Part shown: one piece after another, positions 1 through 8,838 of the stretch
Layout of the letters: each line of letters opens with the position of its first letter
Numbering within the stretch: position 1 is the first letter of the stretch
Assembly: GCA_040386535.1 (NCBI GenBank)
Contig: JAZKFH010000067.1
Location: 32,001-96,000, forward strand
Reading direction: 5' to 3'
Length of the DNA: 64,000 nucleotides
Origin: Myxococcota bacterium
GTDB taxonomy: Bacteria > Myxococcota_A > UBA796 > SXON01
Notes under the pieces: generated by a model
What the model saw: only the letters and a program-made list of their open reading frames with translations
Databases searched by the model: none
What the model was told of the DNA's origin: nothing
Translations under genes and position numbers: made by a program

Positions 1-2
1 AG

Positions 3-1499
3 CTGCGTCCTCTCGCAGAGGGGCTTGTAGACGAGGAGATCGCCAACGTCGTCGCGGACCCGGCTGCGGTGCACGAACCCCTGCAGTTCCTTCGTAGGTC
101 AGTCGCGAAGTCGCTTGGGTACGCCGGGGAGGTCGGCGAGGCGTTGCGTGTTGCAGGTGACGATCCCGACTGCCACGCAGCTGTGCTCGGAGGCCTGGAG
201 GAGGGAGGGCACGTCGATCAATGGATGGCGCTTGCGCTCGGTGATGTTGGCGAGGCGACCCTGGCGTCACCAGGGTCGTGCTCCGCCGCCGCGCGGGCGC
301 TCGCCCACGGCGGCGCGGGCGGACTCAGCCCGACCCAGGAAAACGCGGATTCGCTTATTTCACTGGGACAGATGCTCGCGAAGTCTTCGCAGATCGGCTC
401 GGCGGGCCGAGTGGCCTCCGCACTCCGCACCGCCGGGTTCGATTGGGACGCGGACACGGTGAGCAGCGCGCTCGCGGTCGCCACGGCCGAGCATGGAGAA
501 TTCGAGGAGGCAACTCGGATCGCCAGGTCTATTCTCCCAGAGCGTCGGATCGTCCCCCTCATTCGGGTCGCGTGGATCCTCGCGCGGACCAACCGCGCCG
601 CAGCCCAGCGCCTCCTCGGCGAGATTGTCTCGCATGACGGACAACACCTTGGGACAGTGATCGGCGATGACTTGTCTTTCGTCGTTGAGCTCCTCGGCGT
701 CAACATCGCCCCCCGCGTCCCGGGTACTGCCGACTTCGCGGACGAGCCCGCGATAGTGAAAGGGCTCGTCTGCGGCGGATACTTGGACGAGGCGCGGCGC
801 CTCGCGGCGGAGCGACCCGAACTCCGCTCGATCGTGATCACGTCGCTCGTCGCCGCCGACCGTCTCGTGGACGCCCAAATCGAGTCGCATTGTGCGTACG
901 CAGCCTTGGACAGAGGCGACTTCCGCGCCCGGCTTCACGATCTTCGGTGTCTCGCAAGTGCGTTCGCCGAGGCGCAGGAGTGGGATCTTGCCCGCCGATC
1001 GCTTGGTCTCAACGTTCGGGTCGGGCTCGGCGACGATGAGCGATACGAGCGAGAATATGCCGCCATGAAGGTGGCCGAGGTGGAGGTCCGCCAAAATCGC
1101 GTGGACGAGGCTTTCCGTACGGTCGCGGAGATCGACGCGACGCTCCCCGACCAATGCTGGGCGGAGTTCGCGGGCGTCCTGGCACGACATGGCCACTGTG
1201 ACCGCGCTGTGGCGGTCGCGATGTCGCTGGCGGAGACGGCTCCGGCCGCCACGCTCCGCGACCTCGTTCGCGAGGCGTCGAGCGAGGGCCACCACCGCGG
1301 AGTCGTTCAGGTACTACCAACCCTGTTTCGCGTGGCTGCGACTGAGGGGCGCGCGGCGGTGCTTACGGTGGCTGCCGCGGCGGCCCACGCAGTTTGCGTT
1401 GGTGAGGGCGCTGGCGCGCTCGCACGCCTCTACGACGCGTTGCAGGCGGCAACGGGGGAGTGGGCGCTCCAGCCCCCCGTCGTTCGGCGTAGCAGGTGA
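3..1499 (+). CDS. C-terminal part of an alpha-helical (TPR-like) repeat protein, 5'-truncated by the window
   Basis: Frame is open from position 3 to TGA at 1499; Ala/Leu-rich helical repeats (e.g. GEFEEATRIARSI, GYLDEARRLA, RVDEAFRTVAEI). Confidence 0.65.
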   Translation: MRPLAEGLVDEEIANVVADPAAVHEPLQFLRRSVAKSLGYAGEVGEALRVAGDDPDCHAAVLGGLEEGGHVDQWMALALGDVGEATLASPGSCSAAARALAHGGAGGLSPTQENADSLISLGQMLAKSSQIGSAGRVASALRTAGFDWDADTVSSALAVATAEHGEFEEATRIARSILPERRIVPLIRVAWILARTNRAAAQRLLGEIVSHDGQHLGTVIGDDLSFVVELLGVNIAPRVPGTADFADEPAIVKGLVCGGYLDEARRLAAERPELRSIVITSLVAADRLVDAQIESHCAYAALDRGDFRARLHDLRCLASAFAEAQEWDLARRSLGLNVRVGLGDDERYEREYAAMKVAEVEVRQNRVDEAFRTVAEIDATLPDQCWAEFAGVLARHGHCDRAVAVAMSLAETAPAATLRDLVREASSEGHHRGVVQVLPTLFRVAATEGRAAVLTVAAAAAHAVCVGEGAGALARLYDALQAATGEWALQPPVVRRSR

Positions 1500-1844
1500 C
1501 TATGTGCCGCTGGCCGCACCGTGGTCTGGTTAATCCGCCCTGCGATTCTTTCTCGCGCGCCTTGCCGACGCTCACGAAGTTGCGGCGGGCGCTGTTGGCT
1601 CGGGGCCTCGGACAGGTCGGCCTGCACGTTGTCTCCAGCCGGGCGTCGCCCGGAGTTCTGGCAGAAGACCTGCTTCTTCCCCCCTCGAACTCCATCGAGA
1701 GCGCCCCGGTGGCCCGGTCCGGGTCGAGCGCGCCGCGAGCCGGCCTTCGTCACCAGATCCCGGCGCTGCCCGCGTGCGGGCCGACGGTCGAGACGCTACG
1801 TACGTAGCGGCAGTTCGCCAGATAGCCCTTCGGAGCCCCCGGCC

Positions 1845-2714
1845 ATGATCGAACGACGGCACCAGTCCGAAAGACCCACCTGGCACGCTGCCTGCGACCT
1901 GGTCACGGTCGTCGATGCCAACCCGGTCAACGGTGCGGCGCTCGCGCTGCTTTTCGAAGGCTTCAACCGCGTATACCGCGGCTGGTCCGACCGGATGACG
2001 GTGTTGCAACCCGCGGGAGAAGTTTCCGCGGAGCTAATGGCCACGCTCCGCTCGTACGCGGTCGCCCGCTTTGTCGCACCCTGCGACCACGCCGACGATC
2101 CGTACCGGGTCAAGTTCCTCCTGGTCGACTACGTACGTGCCATGAAGCGTAGTACCCGCACCCTGCTCTACCTCGACCCCGACCATCTGGTCCTCGGCCC
2201 GTTCCCCGCGCACCCGCCAACCGGCAGCATTCAGGTGAGCTCCGAGGTCAAGGGGCTGCCGGGGCCACTAGCCGCGAAGCTTCGTGAGCTCGTCCGTGGC
2301 GGCCCGAGCAGATTGCGGCACTTCAACACCTCGTTCATCGCGGCAGACTATCAAAGCTGGGATCGGGTAGTGAGGCGTTGGGAGACGATCTACCAGGCGA
2401 TACGCCCGTTGACGGAGGCCCGGCACCGGGAGGAGATCGCGTTCTGCGTCGCCGCGCTCAGCGAAGGGCTCGACGTGACGCCCGTCGGCAACGAGGTACA
2501 GGGATCAATGGCCGACACACATCCTGCCGCAGCGCTGTTTCACTACGGGGGCGAGCATCCGGAGGCACGAAAGGTGAAGGCCTGTCTGGGCGGCCCGATG
2601 GCGGCGATCCCTGCGCTGGAGCAGCTCTGGTCGGGCAGTCTGCCCGGAAGCCGCGCACGCTGGATGTCCGAACGGGCGCTCGGCATCCTACGCGATGCGG
2701 GCCCCCTTGCATGA
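1845..2714 (+). CDS. GT-A fold glycosyltransferase, GT8-like
   Basis: LLYLDPDHLVL (DxD motif), HFNTSFI (FNSG-like), late LFHYGG; ATG at 1845 after GGAG; stop overlaps the next ATG. Confidence 0.6.
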   Translation: MIERRHQSERPTWHAACDLVTVVDANPVNGAALALLFEGFNRVYRGWSDRMTVLQPAGEVSAELMATLRSYAVARFVAPCDHADDPYRVKFLLVDYVRAMKRSTRTLLYLDPDHLVLGPFPAHPPTGSIQVSSEVKGLPGPLAAKLRELVRGGPSRLRHFNTSFIAADYQSWDRVVRRWETIYQAIRPLTEARHREEIAFCVAALSEGLDVTPVGNEVQGSMADTHPAAALFHYGGEHPEARKVKACLGGPMAAIPALEQLWSGSLPGSRARWMSERALGILRDAGPLA

Positions 2715-3370
2715 CCGGGAACATCCGCCATGTGGGGATCATCCCCGACGGCAACCGCCGCTGGGCGCGGCGGGTCGGTGTCGACTACGCCACCGCCTAC
2801 CGTCTGGCCGCGCGGAATGTGATCGGATTCGCCGAGTACCTCTTCGAGGCAGGCGTCTCGGCGACGAGCATCTACTGCCTGAGCAAGCAGAATCTGGAGC
2901 GGCCGAGTCAGGAGCTAGAGGTGGTGTTCGAGGCCGCGAGAGAGCTTGCGGTGACCCACTTGCCTCGCCTCCGTGCGAAGCATCGGTTTCGCCTCGTTGT
3001 CGCAGGAGTTCCGGGTCGAGTCCCAGTGGAAGTGGAGAGGACCCTGACGGAATTCGTCGCCGAGACCGCCAACGAGAACGATCACCGGCTCTACATCCTC
3101 CTCGGGTACGATCCGGTCGAGGAAGTCGCCGCGGCCGTCCGTGGCGCGGAGGGTCGGCCCTTCGCCCTCGGCCAGCTTTCGGTTCCCGAGGCGGTCGACT
3201 TGGTCATACGAACGGGGGGAGGCTCGACACCTCTGAGCAATTTCCTCCCGCTGCAATGCGGCTATGCGCAGGTCCACGTTCTCGACGACTATTTCAACGA
3301 CCTGACGATCGAGAGTCTGCGGAGCGTACTGGCCAAGGCCCGAACCGAAGCATTCGCGCTCGGCCGATGA
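2711..3370 (+). CDS. cis-prenyltransferase (UppS family), divergent
   Basis: HVGIIPDGNRRWA, YCLSKQNLERP, DLVIRTGG, LSNFLPLQCGYA motifs; ATGA overlap with the upstream gene. Confidence 0.85.
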   Translation: MTGNIRHVGIIPDGNRRWARRVGVDYATAYRLAARNVIGFAEYLFEAGVSATSIYCLSKQNLERPSQELEVVFEAARELAVTHLPRLRAKHRFRLVVAGVPGRVPVEVERTLTEFVAETANENDHRLYILLGYDPVEEVAAAVRGAEGRPFALGQLSVPEAVDLVIRTGGGSTPLSNFLPLQCGYAQVHVLDDYFNDLTIESLRSVLAKARTEAFALGR

Positions 3371-3648
3371 AAGGCATTTCCCTGGACACCAAGGTCCTTC
3401 TGGCGTTCGGCCAAAAGCTCCCGGGTCAACGGAGGGCCCTCGTTCCATCCCGGATTGGCCGGATTTTGGATGGAGAGTATCGGACGTTAACGCATCGAGG
3501 GCGGTGCCGGAGCGGAACATCCGCCAGCCGCAGCCCCTCGCGCAGCCCACCATGCCCCCGTTCCCCAGCGCACGAACAGCTTGCGCGTCGCTTGTGGCGT
3601 GACCTGCGCGCGAGTCCCTGGTCCACGAATCAGGGTACTGTACCATGA
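3367..3648 (+). CDS. small hypothetical protein (93 aa), possibly a decayed gene
   Basis: ATGA overlaps at both ends, with the prenyltransferase stop (3367-3370) and the TIR gene start (3645-3648); no recognisable motif. Confidence 0.35.
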   Translation: MKGISLDTKVLLAFGQKLPGQRRALVPSRIGRILDGEYRTLTHRGRCRSGTSASRSPSRSPPCPRSPAHEQLARRLWRDLRASPWSTNQGTVP

Positions 3649-5084
3649 GCCCCCCCCGGCCGGACTCGTCCCGTGAGGCGACGTCCCGGGACGACGCTCC
3701 CGCCTCGGACTCGGTGCCGCACGAACCATACAACGGCCCAATTCGCGTCTTCGTCAGTTACTCGAGGCTGAACTACACACCTGCAGCCTTGGTCGCGAGC
3801 CACCTTCGCGAATACCGGGGCGTGGTCGACGTGTGGATGGACGACGATTTGTCTGTAGGCGAGCGATACCCAGGCACGATAGTACGCGAACTCGCGCGCG
3901 CGGATGTCTTCGTCGCCATACTGTCCCGGGCCTTTTTCGAGTCGGAGTGGTGCACGAGGGAGAGCGAGACTTTTCTGGATCGGGCGGCTTCGGACCCCCG
4001 CCTCCTCGTGGTGCCGATCGCGATCGACGGGATGGACCTCCCGAAGCACCCGATCTGCTCGTGGCAGGTCGTGGATCTCCCTGACTGGGCGATTCGGGCG
4101 GATCGCGTCCTGCGACAGCGTGTGCTGCCGGTCATCCTGAGGGAGAAAGTGCCGGCTTCGAGCGTGGCGGTTGCGCTGACCGAGGCCGCGGCGGGGCGCC
4201 GGGCGCGGGTCTATTCCGACGTGCTGCGCTATTGCTCCACAACCAGACCACCCGCCGAGGTCGTGCAGGGGCTGGTGGGAGAGGCCTTCAACTGTCTTTC
4301 CAACGAGGAACTCTCGCCTGGAGCCCGTGCCGACCTATCGAACGCGCTCTCGGCCATCTTCCTGAACCGTGGCGAGTGGCGGACCCTGGCCAACCTGAAC
4401 GCCCAGGCGATCCAGTTGATCGGCGAACGGGCCGGAGACAGGCCGCTTACGGACGAGGAGCTGGCGTTCGAAGGCGAGCTCTACAACCACCTCGCGCTGG
4501 CCGAGCGAAAGCTCAGGGTCCAGTCGGCCGAGGCCCACTACCTCGATGCGACGCGGGCTTTCGGAGCCATCCGGGACCCGTTGTTTCGCAGGGAGAAGAT
4601 GGGACAGGTTCTCCGTGAGCGGGGAAACCTCGCGCTCCGGAACGGGCAACTGGAAGCCGCCGGGGCCTTCTACCGCAGCAGCGTGGAGGCGCTCGAGGGA
4701 CTTCCGTCGCAGCGTTGGCATGTCCTTGCCGGCAAGTCGAAGCTAGCCCTGGTCAGCGCCTTAAAGGGAGACGTTCATACTGCACAACAGGAGCTGGCCG
4801 TCATCGAGCCCGAGTTCTCCGTCGATGCGCTCCGCGGCGGGGGGGAACGCGCTTGGGCCGCGGCAGACCAGTTCTGGTACGGATCGGCGATCGTCGCGAT
4901 CATCGCAGGGACTTATCGAACGAGTGCCCGTTGGACGGCGACTCACGGCGCCTTCGCCCGGGAGCAGGGCTGGGCGAATGCTTCGCGAAAGGTGCGCTGG
5001 CTTGGCGGAATCGGATTTCTGGCGGTCTTTCTACCCCGTCGGGTTCGCACCGCCCTCTTCAACCAGATCGTGAGGTTCCTATGA
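3645..5084 (+). CDS. TIR domain + TPR repeat protein
   Basis: RVFVSYSR...VWMDDDLSVGE...ADVFVAILSRAFFESEWCTRE (TIR_2 with catalytic Glu); TPR-like LYNHLALAE...AEAHYLDA and RGNLALRNGQLEAAGAFYRSS; hydrophobic C-terminus. Confidence 0.85.
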   Translation: MSPPRPDSSREATSRDDAPASDSVPHEPYNGPIRVFVSYSRLNYTPAALVASHLREYRGVVDVWMDDDLSVGERYPGTIVRELARADVFVAILSRAFFESEWCTRESETFLDRAASDPRLLVVPIAIDGMDLPKHPICSWQVVDLPDWAIRADRVLRQRVLPVILREKVPASSVAVALTEAAAGRRARVYSDVLRYCSTTRPPAEVVQGLVGEAFNCLSNEELSPGARADLSNALSAIFLNRGEWRTLANLNAQAIQLIGERAGDRPLTDEELAFEGELYNHLALAERKLRVQSAEAHYLDATRAFGAIRDPLFRREKMGQVLRERGNLALRNGQLEAAGAFYRSSVEALEGLPSQRWHVLAGKSKLALVSALKGDVHTAQQELAVIEPEFSVDALRGGGERAWAAADQFWYGSAIVAIIAGTYRTSARWTATHGAFAREQGWANASRKVRWLGGIGFLAVFLPRRVRTALFNQIVRFL

Positions 5085-6073
5085 CCCGTTCCCGCGCTGC
5101 TCCCGTGGACGTCGTGATTCCGACTCTGTGGGGCGGCGAGATGCTGCGCGCCTGCGTCGCCTCCCTCCTCGACCAACGACCGTCGCCCGCAAGTGTCACC
5201 ATCGTCGCCAACGGTACAGGAGCCGAGGTTTCGGCGAGACTTTTCCACGAGCCACCGGTTCGGGTGATCGCCCTTCCCGAGAACATCGGGTTCGCGCGGG
5301 CGGTGAACCGAGGGTGGCGCGACGGCACCCAGAGGTGGGTGCTGGTTCTCAATGACGACGTAGTGCTCGGACCCGAGTTCATGGCAGCGTTCGAGGACCG
5401 GCGCGGAACCCTGCCCGAAGAGGTCAAGTGTCTCGCTGCCGTGCTGTGGGAGGCGGGCAGCGTGCGAGCGGTCCACTCCGCGGGGCTGTGCCTGACGCCC
5501 TACGGGTATGGGAATCGGAGCCAGTTCAGGGGAAGCGTCATCGCTCCCCCCAGACAAGAGGTCGTCGCTCCCTGTGGCGCCTGCGGATTGTACGAACGTG
5601 GGGCGATGTCGAGGGTGGGTGGCTTTCCGGAAGACTTCTTCTTCCTGTTCGAGGATTGGGAGGTGGGGCTGCGGATGCAGGCGCTCGGGGCCACGTGCAC
5701 CGTCGAACCAGACCTCTCGGCGACGCACGTTGGGTCTGCCACCCTGCGCCAGTTTCCTCGGCGACGACTGTACGAGGGAATGAAGAACTGGCTCGTCGCC
5801 GCTTCGCGCGGCCTGCCGAATGAATTTTGGGCCGCGCACGGGTGCGAGGTGTTGTCCTTTGCGCGCAAGTCCCTCGTGTCGATGCGCGAGGCGGGCGCCG
5901 AGGAGGAGGTCGACGCGGCCTTGACCACCTACCAGTCCCTTCTTCCCGCCATCCGGGCGGCTAGGGGCGAGCTCGCGGAAAGCGCGATGCCCGGGTGGAA
6001 CGACCGCTTGGAGGCTCTGATGTACCGGGGACCGGTGGCCATCGAGGCGGGCCCTGCGAGCATTAATCACTGA
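5081..6073 (+). CDS. GT2 family glycosyltransferase
   Basis: VDVVIPT, NIGFARAVNRG, VLVLNDDV, GGFPEDFFFLFEDWEVGLR; ATGA overlap with the TIR gene. Confidence 0.9.
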   Translation: MTRSRAAPVDVVIPTLWGGEMLRACVASLLDQRPSPASVTIVANGTGAEVSARLFHEPPVRVIALPENIGFARAVNRGWRDGTQRWVLVLNDDVVLGPEFMAAFEDRRGTLPEEVKCLAAVLWEAGSVRAVHSAGLCLTPYGYGNRSQFRGSVIAPPRQEVVAPCGACGLYERGAMSRVGGFPEDFFFLFEDWEVGLRMQALGATCTVEPDLSATHVGSATLRQFPRRRLYEGMKNWLVAASRGLPNEFWAAHGCEVLSFARKSLVSMREAGAEEEVDAALTTYQSLLPAIRAARGELAESAMPGWNDRLEALMYRGPVAIEAGPASINH

Positions 6074-6258
6074 CCGGCAGCGCGCCCGCCGCGGAGGAAT
6101 CGCCCCTCCCCCTCGGTCTCCGCACCTCCTCGTTCACCAACCCCACCCGATCGCGCGCCGATGATCCCTTTGGCGGAGCTGACCGCGCTTTGTGGAAGTC
6201 TCGCGATCCGGAGGGTCCCGCGGACTGTGGCCGTCGTCATGCGGTATAAGCGACCCGT

Positions 6259-7863
6259 ATGCCGCCGCCCGACCCGCGACCAACCCCGCCCGCGCAGCTG
6301 TTCGTCGCGTTCGCCGGCCCCGATCGCGACCATGCCCGCGCGCTCGTCGCCCACCTCCGGGCGTGGGGCTGCCGCGTCACCTGGGAGGAGGACATTCGGC
6401 CCGGCCGCCCGTTCACGGTCACGATCCCCGAGGCCCTCGGCACATGTAGTGCCTACGTCTTCCTGGTGACGGAGGCCTCGAAGGGCGCCTGGTACCAGCA
6501 CGACGAGGTGACGATCGCCGTGGACTTCGCGCGCAGCGAAGGCCGCGATATCTACGTCGTCACGGACCTCGCCGCGCCCGAGAGGCCCTACGGACTCGCG
6601 TCGTCTCCGCGGACCCCCTGGGGCGGGGACGCGGCGACGGCGGCCTTCCGCATCGCGGCGGACGCGCTGGGCTGGCAGGAGGGCGCGCGCGACCAACCCG
6701 CGCGCATCCCGTTCGATCCTGCCGACTCCCGCTACGCCCGCTACGAGCTGGCGGCCCGGCTCGCCTCCGCGGTCGACGGGGACGCCCTCGCGGGCGCGGC
6801 GACGGCCGCGCTCGTCGAGACGCTCGCGCGGCTCCCGCAGACCTCGAGGTTCGCCCGGATCCTCGAGGCGGGGGGCCAGGATCTGCTCGTGGTCCTGCGC
6901 GGCGCCCTGTTCCACCTCGCGGACAGCAACTTGGAGGCCGCGGCCGACTGGAAGGCGCCGCTGGTCACGGTCGCCCGCGAGGTCGCCCGCGCGCTCCATG
7001 TCGGCGGGCAGGCCCCGCCACGCCTCGCCGCCTGGCTGAAGGCCGCGGGCGCGCCCGCTCCCGCGGCGGCCTCGTCCGCGCCGCCGGCGCTGCTCGTTCG
7101 GCTGGAGGGCGTGCAGGACGACGAGACCTTCTTCCTCTCCCGCGCCGAGCTGCGTCGTCCGGATTCGCCGACGCTCTGGAGTTACCCGCCGGCGGGGAGC
7201 GCCGCGCTTCCGGAGAAGCGGCGCACGTCGCAGGAGTTCTCCCGCTTCCTCCGAAAGCTCTACGACGTGCAGCTCCAGAAGCAGGGCATCCCCCTGGACA
7301 GCCTCGTCCTCATCGTCGAGGTCGAGGCCTGCCACGTCGGGTTGCGCTTTCATCGCTGGCAGGGCGTCGACAACGGAAAGGACCTCGCGCGGCAGCTCAA
7401 GGGCGTCGCGACGTGGCCGTGCTTGTCGGACGCCTGGGGGCAGACGCGGGCCCGGCCCCCCGAGCGGCCGCGGTCCGTCGACGTGCCGCGCCCGATCGCC
7501 GTGCCCGCGGACTCCGTGTGGGTGCGGGCGCCGGTGTCGGCCGTCGAGCTCAACGGCCGCCTCGGCGCGGGCATCGCGGTGTTCGCCGGCGCGCTCGCGT
7601 GGCGCGGCGCGGACACGGGTGGCCCCGTGTGTCACCACGCCAACCGCCTGCTCACCGTCCTGCTTGAAGACGAGGACCTCGACACCTTCGTGGACGCCAT
7701 CTTCGGGGGCGACGCGGCGGTGCCCGTCGAGCTCTTCTTCGAGCGGCTCCGCCTCGCGTGGGCGGCCCGCCACGAGGCCCACGTCGTCTGGACCGACGCA
7801 CGCTACACCCCGAGCTGGGACCTCGCCGGCCCCACCGACGATCTGCTCTTCGAATCCCTCTGA
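6259..7863 (+). CDS. TIR domain protein, VMAP-like component of a vWA-MoxR ternary system
   Basis: N-terminal TIR (LFVAFAGPDR...EDIRPG...YVFLVT...WYQHDEV); lies directly upstream of MoxR and vWA-like genes. Confidence 0.75.
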   Translation: MPPPDPRPTPPAQLFVAFAGPDRDHARALVAHLRAWGCRVTWEEDIRPGRPFTVTIPEALGTCSAYVFLVTEASKGAWYQHDEVTIAVDFARSEGRDIYVVTDLAAPERPYGLASSPRTPWGGDAATAAFRIAADALGWQEGARDQPARIPFDPADSRYARYELAARLASAVDGDALAGAATAALVETLARLPQTSRFARILEAGGQDLLVVLRGALFHLADSNLEAAADWKAPLVTVAREVARALHVGGQAPPRLAAWLKAAGAPAPAAASSAPPALLVRLEGVQDDETFFLSRAELRRPDSPTLWSYPPAGSAALPEKRRTSQEFSRFLRKLYDVQLQKQGIPLDSLVLIVEVEACHVGLRFHRWQGVDNGKDLARQLKGVATWPCLSDAWGQTRARPPERPRSVDVPRPIAVPADSVWVRAPVSAVELNGRLGAGIAVFAGALAWRGADTGGPVCHHANRLLTVLLEDEDLDTFVDAIFGGDAAVPVELFFERLRLAWAARHEAHVVWTDARYTPSWDLAGPTDDLLFESL

Positions 7864-7869
7864 GGCCCC

Positions 7870-8838
7870 ATGACCGTTCCCTTCCGACTCTACGACGGCG
7901 TCTCCGAGCTCGACCCGACGATCCGCGCCGCGTGGCTGGCCAACATCCCTCCCTGGAGACGCACCGGCCCGCCGTGGGCCGAACGGACGGACCGTTGCAA
8001 ACGCGGGCCCCCCGCCATGCGCCCCGAGCAGCTCGCGCGGGCGGAGACGTGGGTGGTGCCGACGGAGCTGGTTTGCGAGCGCGTGAACATGGCGTTGCAC
8101 CTCCGTCGTCCGCTCCTCGTCTCCGGGGATCCGGGCCTCGGCAAGACCTCCCTCGGATGGAGCATCGCGCGGTGCCTCGGGCTCGGCCCCCCGCTCCGCT
8201 GGGAGGTCAACTCGCGGACGACGCTCGAGGACGGGCTCCACAGCTACGACGCCGTGGGCCACCTCCAGGACACCAAGGCCGGGGGCGGCAAGAGCCTCGC
8301 CGCCTTCATCACCCTCGGCCCCCTCGGCACCGCGCTCCTGCCGACCGAGCTGCCGCGCGTCCTCATCGTCGACGAGCTCGACAAGTCCAGCTACGACCTA
8401 CCCAACGATCTGTTGCACGTGTTCGAGGAGGGGCAGTTCACGGTGCCGGCCCTCGTGCGCGAGGCGGGCCCCGCGTCGGTGTCCCCCTGGGACCCCGCCG
8501 GAGACCGCGTGGACGTGACGGACGGCGTGGCCCGGACGGTGCACCACCCCGTCGTCGTCATCACCACCAACCGCGACCGCGAGTTTCCGGACGCCTTCAT
8601 GCGCCGGTGCGTGACGCTCCCGCTCGATCGTCCCGATCCCACGAAGATGGCGGCCATCCTCGCGGGCTGGCTGAAGGCGGGGGCGGGCACGCCGGCCGAG
8701 ATCGACGCCTTCGTGGCGCAGTACCCGACGGACATGACCGACGTGCTGCTCCAGGCGCTCTTCCTCACCCGGAGCGCGGGCGGCGATCCAACGAAGATCG
8801 TCCCCGCGTTGCGACGCGGCGGCGGGACGCCCGGATGA
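7870..8838 (+). CDS. MoxR-like AAA+ ATPase
   Basis: RRPLLVSGDPGLGKTS (Walker A), VLIVDELDK (Walker B), ITTNRDREFPDAFMRRC. Confidence 0.92.
   Translation: MTVPFRLYDGVSELDPTIRAAWLANIPPWRRTGPPWAERTDRCKRGPPAMRPEQLARAETWVVPTELVCERVNMALHLRRPLLVSGDPGLGKTSLGWSIARCLGLGPPLRWEVNSRTTLEDGLHSYDAVGHLQDTKAGGGKSLAAFITLGPLGTALLPTELPRVLIVDELDKSSYDLPNDLLHVFEEGQFTVPALVREAGPASVSPWDPAGDRVDVTDGVARTVHHPVVVITTNRDREFPDAFMRRCVTLPLDRPDPTKMAAILAGWLKAGAGTPAEIDAFVAQYPTDMTDVLLQALFLTRSAGGDPTKIVPALRRGGGTPG

Noticed and set aside
1496..1807. 103-aa ORF overlapping the stop of the first gene
   Set aside because: No motif, atypical composition, and not coupled to the downstream ATG at 1845.
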